Positions 9,493 through 20,277 of a stretch of DNA of 64,000 nucleotides are shown here, one piece after another. Each line of letters opens with the position of its first letter. Position 1 is the stretch's first letter. The translations under genes and the position numbers were made by a program. The notes under the pieces were generated by a model that did not search any database, was not told the origin of the DNA, and saw nothing but the letters and a program-made list of their open reading frames with translations. Source of the DNA: Candidatus Omnitrophota bacterium (lineage in GTDB: Bacteria; Omnitrophota; Gorgyraeia; Gygaellales; Profunditerraquicolaceae); the NCBI GenBank assembly GCA_023247825.1, contig JAHFFR010000001.1:23009-87008 (forward strand), in the 5' to 3' direction.

Positions 9493-10164
9493 CTAATCCG
9501 CGATAAACCACCAATAATCCCCGCTATAGCCGACTTCAGCGAACAGCTTCTTCCATTCGTCAACATGCATCATTGTTTCAGCAGTAAGTACCCACTTAAA
9601 GAGGTTAACGCGCTCCTGCTCGTTGCGCCAGGCGTCAATGGTAATATAGCTATTCCCGCGGCAGACACGCTGAATTTCCCGCAGGGATATTTTAAGACGC
9701 TCAAGAGAAAGATTGTGGATCGAATTAATAGAAATCACTAAATCAAAAGATTTATCGGGATAAGGCAATTTTTCAGCGCTGGCGATTTTCAGAAACGGTT
9801 TTACGGAAGCCATGGCGTTCTCGATCGCGTATTCACTGACGTCTATGCCGGCAACGGTTGCCTGCGGCATCAACTCCTTAAAATCATGAAGCATAAAACC
9901 TTTAGCGCAGCCGATATCAAGAATCGCGGCATTATCCGGCAGATGATAAAAATTCTTTATCAGCTTTACGACCGTCCTCCAGCGGCCATCATATTTATAA
10001 CCACCATAGCCACATCTCCTATCACCATCGAAGAAATCCCGACTGAATTGCTTGGCTAACTTAATAATTTCCTGTGTCTTTTCACGTGCACGCTTATCAT
10101 AATCACGCGCGGTTTTTGGATAGCTATCCAATAAATTTATTTCACTCATAATTTTAATTTTCAA
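9493..10164 (-). CDS. Class I SAM-dependent methyltransferase
   Basis: ILDIGCAKG, GIDVSEYA, LPYPDKSFDLVIS. Confidence 0.88.
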   Translation of the reverse strand: MKIKIMSEINLLDSYPKTARDYDKRAREKTQEIIKLAKQFSRDFFDGDRRCGYGGYKYDGRWRTVVKLIKNFYHLPDNAAILDIGCAKGFMLHDFKELMPQATVAGIDVSEYAIENAMASVKPFLKIASAEKLPYPDKSFDLVISINSIHNLSLERLKISLREIQRVCRGNSYITIDAWRNEQERVNLFKWVLTAETMMHVDEWKKLFAEVGYSGDYWWFIAD

Positions 10165-10172
10165 TTAAATCT

Positions 10173-11093
10173 CTAAAATAATTCAGACTTTACCTTTTGT
10201 ACAATATTATCCACGGTAAACCCAAGAAGTTCACAAATATCTGCATAAGAGCCATAATCCCTGACAAAGATATCAGGTATAGCAATAAATGAATATTTTA
10301 TACCAGCCAGATCTTTAGTAATTCTGAGGACTTCATCGCCCATTCCTCCATACATACTATGCTCTTCTATAACAATAACTTTCTTGGTATTTTTAACACT
10401 TTCCAGTATCAATTTCTGATCAAAAGGTTTAATGGTGTGCATATAAATTATCTCTGCATCAAAACCAAACTTCTTCAATAACTCAGAGGCATCCAACGCA
10501 GTTTTTAACTGAGGGCCAGTGACTACAATAGTTAGATCGTTACCCTTCGTAACCTTTATCCCCTTTCCTGATATAAGCTGCTCTTTGCTAAAAATAAAAT
10601 CATGGGATAACCTAGGGATACGAAAATAGGATACCTTTCCATTGTTATACGTTTGTTTAAAAAGGGTAATAAGTTCTATTGGGGAAGCGGGAAAAAATAT
10701 CTGAGTATCGGGTAGCGGTTTTAACAAAGCGAAATCAACGTAACAATGATGAGTACATCCAAGAGTTGAATAATCAAAAGCGCTGCCGACAGTAATAATA
10801 TTAACTCCCAGCTCTTGATAACAAAAATCTAGCTTTATCTGCTCATACGACCTTTCTACAATAAACGGAGCGATGGTATGTACAACTGGATAAAAACCCA
10901 ACATCGATAAACCAGCTGCCATATTTACAATGGTTGGCTCGCAAATACCAATATTATAATATCTACCCTGGCATGCCTTAGCAAAATCCAGAAGCCTAAA
11001 ATGGCTTATGTCACCAACCATAACCACAAGGTTTTCATCCTTCTTACCTACCTCAAGGAGCGTATCAGCAAACTCCTCACGCATATCCTTCAT
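10173..11093 (-). CDS. Transketolase C-terminal subunit (pyrimidine-binding + C domain), copy 1
   Basis: YNIGICE, AAGLS, RSYEQIKLD, GCTHH, IEEHS. Confidence 0.9.
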   Translation of the reverse strand: MKDMREEFADTLLEVGKKDENLVVMVGDISHFRLLDFAKACQGRYYNIGICEPTIVNMAAGLSMLGFYPVVHTIAPFIVERSYEQIKLDFCYQELGVNIITVGSAFDYSTLGCTHHCYVDFALLKPLPDTQIFFPASPIELITLFKQTYNNGKVSYFRIPRLSHDFIFSKEQLISGKGIKVTKGNDLTIVVTGPQLKTALDASELLKKFGFDAEIIYMHTIKPFDQKLILESVKNTKKVIVIEEHSMYGGMGDEVLRITKDLAGIKYSFIAIPDIFVRDYGSYADICELLGFTVDNIVQKVKSELF

Positions 11094-11878
11094 AAGGCAA
11101 GCTCCTTATAGATTAATTCTAATTCTTCTTTATTGGGAACTTTATAATGCCACGGCCCATGCGTTTCCATAAACTTAACCCCTTTACCTTTTACAGTATC
11201 AGCGATTATAACTTTGGGCTTTGCATTAAAGTCAAACTTTGTTTCTTTGAATACTCTCTCAATCTCTTCCTCTTTATGACCATTAATTCTATGCACTTCC
11301 CAACCAAAAGAGCTCCATTTATCAGAAAGATTTGAAACAGGCAAGACCTGAGTCGTGGAACCATTGTTATCTATTATACAACAAAAGTTACCCAATTTTA
11401 AATTTGCTGCTACTAAAGCTGTTTCCCAGACGGTTCCTTCATTGCATTCTCCATCTCCAACAAGCGCTATGACTTTATTTCTTTTATTCCTTATCTTAAG
11501 ACCCAAAGCAATACCCATTGCTGTAACAATGCCATGCCCTAAGGAACCAGTACACGCCTCAACCCCCGGAACTTTTGTCCTATCAGGGTGCCCTCCCAAA
11601 ATTGCGCCTTTTTTGCTCTTATTATCTAAATCATCCTGAAGAATAAAGCCATGTTTTTCCAAAACTACATAAAGAGCTGCGCAACCGTGCCCTTTACTTA
11701 AAATGAAATAATCTCTCCCATCCCAAAGTGGATTTTTAGGGTTAAACTTAATGACCTTATCATATAAGTATGCGATTATATCAATTATTGAGAAAGCGCT
11801 TGGAATATGCCCCTCTCCAGCCTTATAAACCATATCTACTATCTTTTTGCGCAATTCTTTATTCATCATGTTATTCAT
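11090..11878 (-). CDS. Transketolase N-terminal (ThDP-binding) subunit, copy 1
   Basis: GHIPSAFS, RDYFILSKGHG, TGSLGHG, GDGECNEG. Confidence 0.92.
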   Translation of the reverse strand: MNNMMNKELRKKIVDMVYKAGEGHIPSAFSIIDIIAYLYDKVIKFNPKNPLWDGRDYFILSKGHGCAALYVVLEKHGFILQDDLDNKSKKGAILGGHPDRTKVPGVEACTGSLGHGIVTAMGIALGLKIRNKRNKVIALVGDGECNEGTVWETALVAANLKLGNFCCIIDNNGSTTQVLPVSNLSDKWSSFGWEVHRINGHKEEEIERVFKETKFDFNAKPKVIIADTVKGKGVKFMETHGPWHYKVPNKEELELIYKELAL

Positions 11879-11901
11879 TTAATCTTCTTAAATTTTTAAT
11901 A

Positions 11902-12678
11902 CTACTGTCCAAAATATCCTCTTCCTTGCCCGCCATCAACAGGAATAATACTTCCAGTATTAAAAGAAGCTAATTCTGAACAAAGAAAAACCACAAAATT
12001 ACCAATTTCCTCTGGGCTTCCGAAACGGCCTATTCTTTGCCTCTCAGCTAAAAATCTCTTTACGTGTTTGGGATTACTTTTAGAAACTTGATCCCAATAG
12101 CCACCTTTTGTAAAAACAGCTCCCGGTAAAACAGCAGAAACAACTACACCATCAGGAGCAACTACTCCCCCAAAGCTCCTAGTATAAGCGGTCAAAGCGG
12201 CTTTCATGGCGCAATAAGTTACCGGGCCATGATTTTCCATAGCTGAGATAGAAGAGATATGAATTACCCTACCCCATTTATTTTTCTGAAGATAAGGAAC
12301 AATTAGGCTATTAATCTCAACTGCTACTTCAAAATTAAAACGATATACTCTTCTCCATTGCTGTATAGAACAAAACGGATCTTTAATGTCAAGGGTTCCT
12401 CCTAAATTATGCACAATGATCTCAGGAATCCCAAAACTTTTTCTTAATTTATTAAAAAGCAACCGCGGGGATTTTTCTTTCTCAAGATCAAGAACTACAG
12501 CAATATGGTTCTTGCTCCCGCCAGGCATTTTAGCGATTAAACTATTGAGATCGGCCTTAGACCTGGAAACAACAGCAATACGCGCGCCTTCATTTGCTAA
12601 ACCAAGCGCAATAACGTTTCCAATCCCCCTACCACTACCTGTTACTAAAGCTAACTTGCCCTTAATTCCAAGCTCCAT
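11902..12678 (-). CDS. Classical SDR oxidoreductase
   Basis: TGSGRGIG, YCAMK catalytic motif, VDGGQ. Confidence 0.9.
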   Translation of the reverse strand: MELGIKGKLALVTGSGRGIGNVIALGLANEGARIAVVSRSKADLNSLIAKMPGGSKNHIAVVLDLEKEKSPRLLFNKLRKSFGIPEIIVHNLGGTLDIKDPFCSIQQWRRVYRFNFEVAVEINSLIVPYLQKNKWGRVIHISSISAMENHGPVTYCAMKAALTAYTRSFGGVVAPDGVVVSAVLPGAVFTKGGYWDQVSKSNPKHVKRFLAERQRIGRFGSPEEIGNFVVFLCSELASFNTGSIIPVDGGQGRGYFGQ

Positions 12679-12694
12679 CCCGCACCTCTTTTCA

Positions 12695-13897
12695 TTAAAT
12701 GTTGTGAAAAGGATAGATAATATTCTTCGGCCTAATAGATAAAAGTTTAGTCATAATTGGTTTCACATTGTCCACTGCAGTTATAAAAACATTTGAATTA
12801 CTTAGCACATCATTTTTGATTTTACCGGAATAACAAATTTGCACGGGCAAATTAACGTAATACTTTCCGTCTTTTTTTACATCATCATCCAATAGCGCTT
12901 TTAAAAAAGTAAAATCTGTTCCCAAATGGTAACCTAAAATCGGCAGCATCATTGCCGCCCCATATCCGTAAATGCCAGAATTGGATAGTTTCTTTAATAA
13001 CTGCATTACATTGTCCATCTGTTTATGAAAAATAGATACTCGTTCTCTAATTTCATTTTTCTGGTAATTAAATTTAAATATTCTTTTTTTGGACCTGCTC
13101 TTTTTAAAAGCCACTACCATCGCCCCCCAGTTATGATAATTTTTAGTCCAGGAAATTATTTCTGCTCCACTCATACTCAAAATACACTCAAAAGAAGCAA
13201 GACTAAAATACTGCAGATGCTCATGAAAAACCTGATCAAAACGATATCTTTCAATTAAAGTTTCAAAACAAGGTGTTTCAAAAATAAAAATGGTGTCCTC
13301 ATCTGCAAACTCCATTAATTTTCTAATAACAATTTCTGGTTCAAAGATGTGTTCGATTGCATGCCTGCAGAATACAATATCCGGCTTAGAAATTATATCT
13401 TTCTCAAATTCGACATCTTCAATCGTCTTACCTAAAACCCTTGTTCCATCAGATAAATTACCGGTGTTTTTTTGATTCCAGATAGGATCTATGCCTAAAC
13501 GCTTTCTTATAAAAGACGCTGCCTCATTCAACAAATACAGATCATTACATCCAACATCGATGCCATAATTCAAAATCTTTTTACCAATTAATGATTTTAA
13601 AAAATTCAATAAGAAGTTTGTTCCTTCTTTTGCGCTAGCACTTGCCGAGGTCCTAAAAGTATATTTATCAGAATCATACAATATAACCGGATTAACCTGA
13701 TGCAATAACTGGCCCTGTCCGCATTTCGGACACCATAATAATTTCTGATTAACCCCTTGAACAGGCAAACTTTGTTTTTTATTTGAAAAAAAACCTGTTA
13801 AAGGCAGATTTGGTAAATCTAAGATACTAACAAGATTACCATAACCGCAAATACTACAACCTTCCCTTGTTTTAACTATAATATTATTAAATTTCAT
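12695..13897 (-). CDS. NDP-sugar C-methyltransferase-like protein with Zn-binding N-terminus
   Basis: CSICG...CPKCG, DVGCND, FHEHLQYFS, GYGAA. Confidence 0.8.
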   Translation of the reverse strand: MKFNNIIVKTREGCSICGYGNLVSILDLPNLPLTGFFSNKKQSLPVQGVNQKLLWCPKCGQGQLLHQVNPVILYDSDKYTFRTSASASAKEGTNFLLNFLKSLIGKKILNYGIDVGCNDLYLLNEAASFIRKRLGIDPIWNQKNTGNLSDGTRVLGKTIEDVEFEKDIISKPDIVFCRHAIEHIFEPEIVIRKLMEFADEDTIFIFETPCFETLIERYRFDQVFHEHLQYFSLASFECILSMSGAEIISWTKNYHNWGAMVVAFKKSRSKKRIFKFNYQKNEIRERVSIFHKQMDNVMQLLKKLSNSGIYGYGAAMMLPILGYHLGTDFTFLKALLDDDVKKDGKYYVNLPVQICYSGKIKNDVLSNSNVFITAVDNVKPIMTKLLSIRPKNIIYPFHNI

Positions 13898-13928
13898 AAA
13901 TGTTGTTTAGGTTTATTTAATTTCTAAA

Positions 13929-14156
13929 TTAAAATGGCCCCTTAAACCAGCCTCCCGGCACATCACTACCGTTACTAGAATCAGTGACGGCTTCCACGGG
14001 GACCCGAAACATAGCCGCGGCTATCCGAGTGATATCCACGGCTCGGGGATAATAGTGTTTCGCCAGCTCCCAGCTTGCTGGCGTCGGTAGATCCGGAAAC
14101 GCGACTCGTCGTGGAGCGCATTTCAAGCTGTCGAGGCATTTTTCCGCTGCCAGCGC
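13929..14156 (-). pseudogene. C-terminal remnant of a third E1-beta-like gene
   Basis: ALAAEKCLDSLKCAPRRVAFPDLPTPAS...YYPRAVDI...KGPF matches the C-termini of 15724..16779 and 43575..44615. Confidence 0.85.
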
Positions 14157-14230
14157 TTTCCTATATCGCTACCTATACCAAGAATACCAAGAATAAAAAC
14201 ATTTTTTGTGACTGTCTTCTTTCCGACCAT
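14150..14230 (-). pseudogene. N-terminal remnant of an SDR gene fused to the E1-beta remnant
   Basis: Manual reading from ATG 14230: MVGKKTVTKNVFILGILGIGSDIGK (Rossmann start); 9-bp tandem duplication at 14177-14194. Confidence 0.6.
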
Positions 14231-14233
14231 ATT

Positions 14234-15724
14234 CTATTTTCCTGAAGAAGGCATAATATTTTTGACCATGCTGTTTACGCCCAGATTTCGCCTGGTGTTC
14301 ATTCGCCAATCTTCTAATTCTGCCATCGTGATGCCGTTTATTCTAGCAACAGCCTTTTTTCTTTCTGGAGAAGAAAAATTTATCCTATCCCATTCGAACG
14401 AACGCAAAACCTCAAGCTCAAACGTTGTAAATTCTTTTGTTGATATAAGCCCTTTTCCATAACCTGAATATCTTGACATATTCTTAATGTAATCTTTTGG
14501 CAATAGGCCTTTGCGCACACATATATCCATCAACTCTGTTTTAGGCAACGGTGTCGCTATGTGAAAATTTACTATGTCTACGTCCAATTTTTCAGCAAAG
14601 GCAAATGTTTCGCGAATCTCATGCCAGGTTTCACCTGGAAAGCCTACGACGAAATTAGCAAGTATATTGAAACCCATGGACTTGGCAAGCTTAAGCGTCG
14701 AGGGGACGCTTTCCAGCTTTATAGGTTTTTTTATAATATTTTTAAGAACACGCTGATTGCCTGATTCTATTGAGACGGTTATAAAATTACATCCACTTTT
14801 ATACATAAGCTTCAGAATCTCTTCGTCAAGCATCCAGACGGTAACATTAACGCATTTCCAGGTCAGATCCTTATGGTTTCCCAAGATGCCTTTCATTATT
14901 TTTATAGCCCGGTCCCTGTCCACCAGGAAATGGTCATCCAAGAAAACCACCTCTCTGATACCCTGTTTATAGAGGCTATCGATTTCATTAAGTACGTTCT
15001 CCGCGCTCCTGAATCGCATTTTCTCGCCGCTCACCGTCTTACCGGCACAGAATATGCATCTGTAGGGGCAGCCCCTGGAAGTAATGGTAACAGCCGATGG
15101 ATAATTTCGCGCCAGTAGCCCCGGGGCATACTTGAATTTAATATTGCCGTAATCGCGCAGGGCGGTCTCGATAATAGACGAATAATCCGGAAATGGGACC
15201 TCGTCGAGATCGCTTACAAATTCCATTTTGTTTATAACCGGCTCAGCGCCCTGCCAATAAGCCAAGCCGCTGATATCGAAAGAATCTTTTGAGCCTCTGC
15301 GCAATTTTTCTATAAGAAGCGGGAAAGAACGTTCCCCTTCGCCCATGATCCAGTAGTCAACAGACTTATCCTTCATGGCCTCTTCTATCATTACCGTAGG
15401 GATCACGCCGCCAAAAACAATCACCGTTTTCGGAAGGTATTTCCGGATAAGCGCTATCATATGCCGGGTAACGCTAAAATATTCCGTGGAAACAGAGCTA
15501 ACCCCGACTAAATCGGGGTTGATCTTCTTTAGAAACTTTGCGGTCTCTCCCTCGGACAAGTTCTTAAAATTCGGGTCAAGCACTATAACTTCCTCCGCAA
15601 GGTCTTTAATTACGGCTTTTAACAAACATAGAGTATAGGGCGGAAATAGCCACGTCCTTTTGGAAAGCCATGCGTAATTAGGTTGCGTTAAAAGTATTTT
15701 TTCGATTTTTCTTCGTCGTATCAT
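14234..15724 (-). CDS. B12-binding radical SAM protein (class B methyltransferase-like)
   Basis: N-terminal cobalamin-binding domain (VFGGVIPT, GEGE); TSRGCPYRCIFC; IESGN; GFPGET. Confidence 0.92.
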   Translation of the reverse strand: MIRRRKIEKILLTQPNYAWLSKRTWLFPPYTLCLLKAVIKDLAEEVIVLDPNFKNLSEGETAKFLKKINPDLVGVSSVSTEYFSVTRHMIALIRKYLPKTVIVFGGVIPTVMIEEAMKDKSVDYWIMGEGERSFPLLIEKLRRGSKDSFDISGLAYWQGAEPVINKMEFVSDLDEVPFPDYSSIIETALRDYGNIKFKYAPGLLARNYPSAVTITSRGCPYRCIFCAGKTVSGEKMRFRSAENVLNEIDSLYKQGIREVVFLDDHFLVDRDRAIKIMKGILGNHKDLTWKCVNVTVWMLDEEILKLMYKSGCNFITVSIESGNQRVLKNIIKKPIKLESVPSTLKLAKSMGFNILANFVVGFPGETWHEIRETFAFAEKLDVDIVNFHIATPLPKTELMDICVRKGLLPKDYIKNMSRYSGYGKGLISTKEFTTFELEVLRSFEWDRINFSSPERKKAVARINGITMAELEDWRMNTRRNLGVNSMVKNIMPSSGK

Positions 15725-16779
15725 TAAAAAGGACCTGTGAATGTTTTATCAGGTATATCCAGCGGAACATTAGTAGTCATTTCTCCTTCTTCCTCTAATT
15801 TTCTAAAGAGATTAAACATAGGTCTTATGCTATTAACAATATCTACTGCTCTAGGATAATAATATTTTGCCAAAGCCGGGCTTGTAGGTGTCGGTACATC
15901 GGGAAATGTAATACGTTGAGGTTTAGCCTTAAATATCCCATGTCCTTTTTCTGCCACCAAAGCGATAACCTCTGCGGCAATGCTACAACTACGCCAAACC
16001 CCATCCACTACAACCAAGCGACCAGTTTTTGTTACTGATTTTACTATGGATTCCTCATCTAAAGGCCTGATTGTGCGCAGGTCTATAACTTCTGCATCTA
16101 TATCGTCTTCCCTTAGCATCTCTGATGCGCGCATTGCCTCCAAAACCATGTATGACGAAGAAATAATAGTAATATCCTTGCCTTCCCTGGTTATTTTGGC
16201 TTTATGCAAAGGCTCTCTATACATCTTTTCAGGAACATAGTCTGATATGCCATAAAGCCAACGATGTTCGATGAAAATCACAGGATTATCATCTTCAACC
16301 GCCGAAATCAATAGTCCTTTAGCATCATAAGCGGTAACAGGCATAACCACCTTAAGGCCGGGAATATGAGCGAATAATGACTGCAGGCTTTGTGAATGCT
16401 GAGGCCCCTGTCCCCATCCACGTCCGATAAGCATACGGATTACCAACGGAACTTTCATTTTTCCACCGAACATATAATGCCATTTAGCGGCATTATTGAT
16501 GATTTGATCTAAAGACAAGATCATAAAATCAACACGCTGATGCGTTAAGATCGGACGCATTCCCATTAAGCAGGAGCCTATTGCTACTCCGGTCATAGCA
16601 TTTTCAGCAACAGGCATATCCATAAGTCTATTGCCATATTTTTTTTCAAGCCCAAGAGTAGTCCCGAATACTCCTTTCGGGTCGGTTACGCCTAATCCCA
16701 TGATATAAACCGACTTGTCCTTAGCCAAACATTGATCGGTTGCTTCTAAAATAGCCTGTGCGTAAGTGAGTTTTCTCAT
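15724..16779 (-). CDS. ThDP-dependent dehydrogenase E1 beta-like subunit, copy 1
   Basis: DMPVAEN, GRGWGQGPQHSQ, PGLKVV, DDNPVIFIEHRWLY. Confidence 0.92.
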   Translation of the reverse strand: MRKLTYAQAILEATDQCLAKDKSVYIMGLGVTDPKGVFGTTLGLEKKYGNRLMDMPVAENAMTGVAIGSCLMGMRPILTHQRVDFMILSLDQIINNAAKWHYMFGGKMKVPLVIRMLIGRGWGQGPQHSQSLQSLFAHIPGLKVVMPVTAYDAKGLLISAVEDDNPVIFIEHRWLYGISDYVPEKMYREPLHKAKITREGKDITIISSSYMVLEAMRASEMLREDDIDAEVIDLRTIRPLDEESIVKSVTKTGRLVVVDGVWRSCSIAAEVIALVAEKGHGIFKAKPQRITFPDVPTPTSPALAKYYYPRAVDIVNSIRPMFNLFRKLEEEGEMTTNVPLDIPDKTFTGPF

Positions 16780-16790
16780 TTTATCGGTTA

Positions 16791-17762
16791 TTAAGCGTAA
16801 AGGTCAGAAAAAATCTCTTTCCTCGCGGGAAAGGGAGAATCTTTCGCAAAATTTACTGCTTCATTTATTTCCTTCTCGATTGTTTTCTTAATACACTCGG
16901 TCTGCTCCGTATTAAGTATTTTCTGCCGGAACAACTTTTTCTCAAAATTATCCAACGGGCACCTCTTATACCAATGTCTGAATTCATTTTCGCTTCTATA
17001 GCCAAGATCATTGTCGAAATTATGCCCGCAGTGTTCACGGTATCTGTAGGTATCGAACTGTAAAAATGAAGGCCCTTGGCCTTGCCTTGCGAGTTTGATT
17101 GCCCTTTCTGCTTTCTGGTAAACAGCGGCTACGTTATTGCCGTCGCACTTTTCAGCACGCATTCCGTAGCCATTGGCAATTTTCAAATTATCTCTTTTTT
17201 TCGGCTGACGCACTAATAACGGTGAATATACCGAATACAGGTTATTTTCGCATACAAAAACTACCGGCAATTTTTTTAATGAAGCGAAGTTTAAACTTTC
17301 AGAGAATACGCCTTCTTCAGTAGCGGCATCCCCGAAAAAAGCAGCAGTTACTTTTTTCTCTTTCTTCATAGCCGCTCCAAACGCAACACCTACGGCTACC
17401 GGAATCACTCCAGCTACTATGGGCGTAGAACCAAGAAAATTAACGCTTAAATCCACTAAATGCATAGAACCGCCCTTACCCTTTGAGCACCCCGAAGCCT
17501 TACCATAGATTTCAGCCATCATTGCCTTTAAATCTCCACCCTTGGCTAAAAAATGCCCATGGCTTCTATGATTACTTAATACATAGTCATCCTTCTTCAG
17601 GTTCGCGCATACCCCTGCAGCTACCCCCTCCTGCCCTATGCAAATGTGCACCGGACAGCGCATCTCCTGTTCAGGATATAATTCACAAATTTTTTCCTCT
17701 ACCATACGAATCCGCAACATTTGATAATATAATGAAAGGTATACTTTTTTATTTATTTTCAT
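16791..17762 (-). CDS. ThDP-dependent dehydrogenase E1 alpha-like subunit, copy 1
   Basis: HICIGQE, HRSHGH, GKGGSMH, FFGDAATEEG...CENN. Confidence 0.92.
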   Translation of the reverse strand: MKINKKVYLSLYYQMLRIRMVEEKICELYPEQEMRCPVHICIGQEGVAAGVCANLKKDDYVLSNHRSHGHFLAKGGDLKAMMAEIYGKASGCSKGKGGSMHLVDLSVNFLGSTPIVAGVIPVAVGVAFGAAMKKEKKVTAAFFGDAATEEGVFSESLNFASLKKLPVVFVCENNLYSVYSPLLVRQPKKRDNLKIANGYGMRAEKCDGNNVAAVYQKAERAIKLARQGQGPSFLQFDTYRYREHCGHNFDNDLGYRSENEFRHWYKRCPLDNFEKKLFRQKILNTEQTECIKKTIEKEINEAVNFAKDSPFPARKEIFSDLYA

Positions 17763-17767
17763 AGATA

Positions 17768-18706
17768 TTAAAGCTTAAGCGTCTTCATTGTTTTTATATT
17801 ATACCATCGGTCTTCATCCTTTAGATGGCCTGCTTGGAATTCATTAACAAGTTCTTTTATCGCATCGTCAACGCTGTACTTCTGCCTAAACCCCGCGGCA
17901 CGCAACTTATCTGAACAAAGCCTGTAAGAACGAGGGTCATTTGATTCGCTAATAATAATTTCTGCCGGCACTTGAGTAACGATCTTCTTTGCTATATCTA
18001 AGATAGATATATTCTCAAAACCAGCGTTATAGATACCTTCTATTTTATCTCCCATTTTGAGAAGATATGAATATACCGCAACCATATCTTTAATATGTAT
18101 ATTTGGACGTACCTGGCTCCCTCCTAAAACCGTAATTTTACGGTTAGCTAAAGCCTGAACGGTCAGCATATTTACCGAGAGGTCAAGCCTCATCCTTGGA
18201 GAATAACCACAAACCGTGGCCGGCCTGACACATTGAATTAAAATTTTATCCCGGTAGCTTATAAGCACTCTTTCGCTTATCATTTTAGTTTTGTTATAGT
18301 CGGAAATCGGAACCAGAGAAAGTTCTTCCGTCACATCCGATTCTTCTTTGACCCCATATACACTTCCTGAGCTTGCATATATAAACTGCTTCACCTTGTT
18401 ACTGATAGCGCGCTCAACCAAGCGCATAGTTGCTAAAACATTAACATCCCAGCTAAGTTGAGAATCCAATTCACTACAAGGATCGTTAGCCACGTTGGCC
18501 AAATGTATAACGACGTCTATCGCCTGCATGGGTATTTTTTCAACATTACGCACATCTTCCCGGATAACTCTCAGGTTCTTGTGTTCCTTGAGAAAATTAC
18601 CAAACCACATTATATCGACTACGGTAACATGATGCCCATCACCCAGAAGAGTCTCAGTAAGAATAGTCCCGATATAACCACAGCCGCCCAGCACAAGTAT
18701 CTTCAT
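17768..18706 (-). CDS. NAD-dependent nucleotide-sugar epimerase/dehydratase
   Basis: GGCGYIG, ASSGSVYG, YNKTK, RPATVCG. Confidence 0.88.
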   Translation of the reverse strand: MKILVLGGCGYIGTILTETLLGDGHHVTVVDIMWFGNFLKEHKNLRVIREDVRNVEKIPMQAIDVVIHLANVANDPCSELDSQLSWDVNVLATMRLVERAISNKVKQFIYASSGSVYGVKEESDVTEELSLVPISDYNKTKMISERVLISYRDKILIQCVRPATVCGYSPRMRLDLSVNMLTVQALANRKITVLGGSQVRPNIHIKDMVAVYSYLLKMGDKIEGIYNAGFENISILDIAKKIVTQVPAEIIISESNDPRSYRLCSDKLRAAGFRQKYSVDDAIKELVNEFQAGHLKDEDRWYNIKTMKTLKL

Positions 18707-18723
18707 ATGTTTACCATGTCTAC

Positions 18724-20265
18724 TTAGAAACTAAGCAGAGCCATCCCGCCTTTTAATAACTTATTCTTTTTAATGGAATCGGCATTGCCGATAATGCGAA
18801 CTGCTTGTGCCCCTGCCAATTGCCCCATAAAAGTAACCAGGTCTATCGGCAGGCCTTTTGCAGCCGCCAAAGAAGTCACAGAGCAAAAGGCGTCCCCTGC
18901 ACCCACGGTATCAACTACAGATTGCTCAAAAGGCATACACTCACATTCAGGTTCGCCGGATTTTACGCCGATTGTATCCGTGGCGCCGCGAGTTAGCCAG
19001 CCATAACGTGCGAACAACTTGTGTTGTAACTTTTTTAATTCTTCGGAAAAATTTATATTTCGTCTGCCGCAAGCCAAAGTTAGCTCTGTTTCATCTAAAG
19101 AAAATGAATCCGCGCGATGATATTTTTTATCGATTATATTAAAACCATAGTTATAACTGTTGGTCTGGCAATTAAGAGCTAGAAACGGCGACTTTTTCTG
19201 GACAAGTTCGCGAACTTTCTCCTGCATAAGGCCATGGCCAAAATCCATCACCATAACCAAATCATAATCTTTTATGCAACTATTTATAACACCGCAAAGC
19301 GAGGTTTGAATCTTTTCGTCTAAATACTGCTCTTTTATTATGTTAATAGCGAATAGCTTGGATAATTCTTTCCCTTCAGAAGGCGGCTCAACAAAACGCT
19401 GTTTGATAATAGTAGTAAAATCAGGGCTGCGGATTATTCCATCTTCATTAGGGCTTACATATTTAGCTAAAGCCGGACCTACCCATTCCTCCGTACCTAC
19501 CAAACTAACAAGTTTAACATTAGAGGTGAACTGTTTTACGTGGCGAAAAACCGCCAAGGCGCCGCCTGCCTGCGTTTCTTCGGCCAAAAATCTTGTGGAA
19601 ATAATGCGGTTTTTAGACGTAAGACCCTGCACTTTAACCGAAGAATATCGATCAAAAATGACATCCCCAATAATTAAAACTTTTAAATTCCTAAAACTAT
19701 CCACTATCTCCCTGAATTGGTTCGGCGTGTATTTTGCCGCCAGTTTCTTACAGAATTCTTTCATTGGTTTAGGGTGAACTTCAAAATGATTATTAAGTAG
19801 CTTTGTTGAACTAAAAACAACTGAACCTACATAATGCACCCGGCCGCCTAAGCGCTCCACAGCTTGAATATCATCGTGAATATTACCGGTTACGTCAACC
19901 TGAGGGTCTTCATACTCTTTTCCTTTACAATATATATGCGGACGGATACACTCTATCGCTTCGCGGGCGGCAGGGAAAGGTACTACTACCACATAATCGA
20001 CATATTCTAAAGATGACAGATATTTAACTCTGATCTCATCATTAAAATACGGCCGGCCCGGGCCTTTATTCACATATTCCTCTGCGGTAATAGTTACTAC
20101 TAAGATATCGCCCATAGCCTTAGCTTCTTCAAAATGAACAATGTGGCCGGGGTGAAGAAGATCAAATGTTCCGTGGCATTGAACGATTTTTTTGCCCTCG
20201 TTTTTAAGTTTAGCGAAAACACGCGGAGCATCCTGAAAAGAAAGGCCCTTCTTAGAACTAAGCAT
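18724..20265 (-). CDS. Bifunctional nucleotidyltransferase + PfkB kinase (HldE/RfaE-like, reversed domain order)
   Basis: N-terminal HGTFDLLHPGH (HxGH); C-terminal IIGDVIFD, DFGHG, DTVGAGDAF. Confidence 0.88.
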   Translation of the reverse strand: MLSSKKGLSFQDAPRVFAKLKNEGKKIVQCHGTFDLLHPGHIVHFEEAKAMGDILVVTITAEEYVNKGPGRPYFNDEIRVKYLSSLEYVDYVVVVPFPAAREAIECIRPHIYCKGKEYEDPQVDVTGNIHDDIQAVERLGGRVHYVGSVVFSSTKLLNNHFEVHPKPMKEFCKKLAAKYTPNQFREIVDSFRNLKVLIIGDVIFDRYSSVKVQGLTSKNRIISTRFLAEETQAGGALAVFRHVKQFTSNVKLVSLVGTEEWVGPALAKYVSPNEDGIIRSPDFTTIIKQRFVEPPSEGKELSKLFAINIIKEQYLDEKIQTSLCGVINSCIKDYDLVMVMDFGHGLMQEKVRELVQKKSPFLALNCQTNSYNYGFNIIDKKYHRADSFSLDETELTLACGRRNINFSEELKKLQHKLFARYGWLTRGATDTIGVKSGEPECECMPFEQSVVDTVGAGDAFCSVTSLAAAKGLPIDLVTFMGQLAGAQAVRIIGNADSIKKNKLLKGGMALLSF

Positions 20266-20277
20266 TGCTACTTACTC

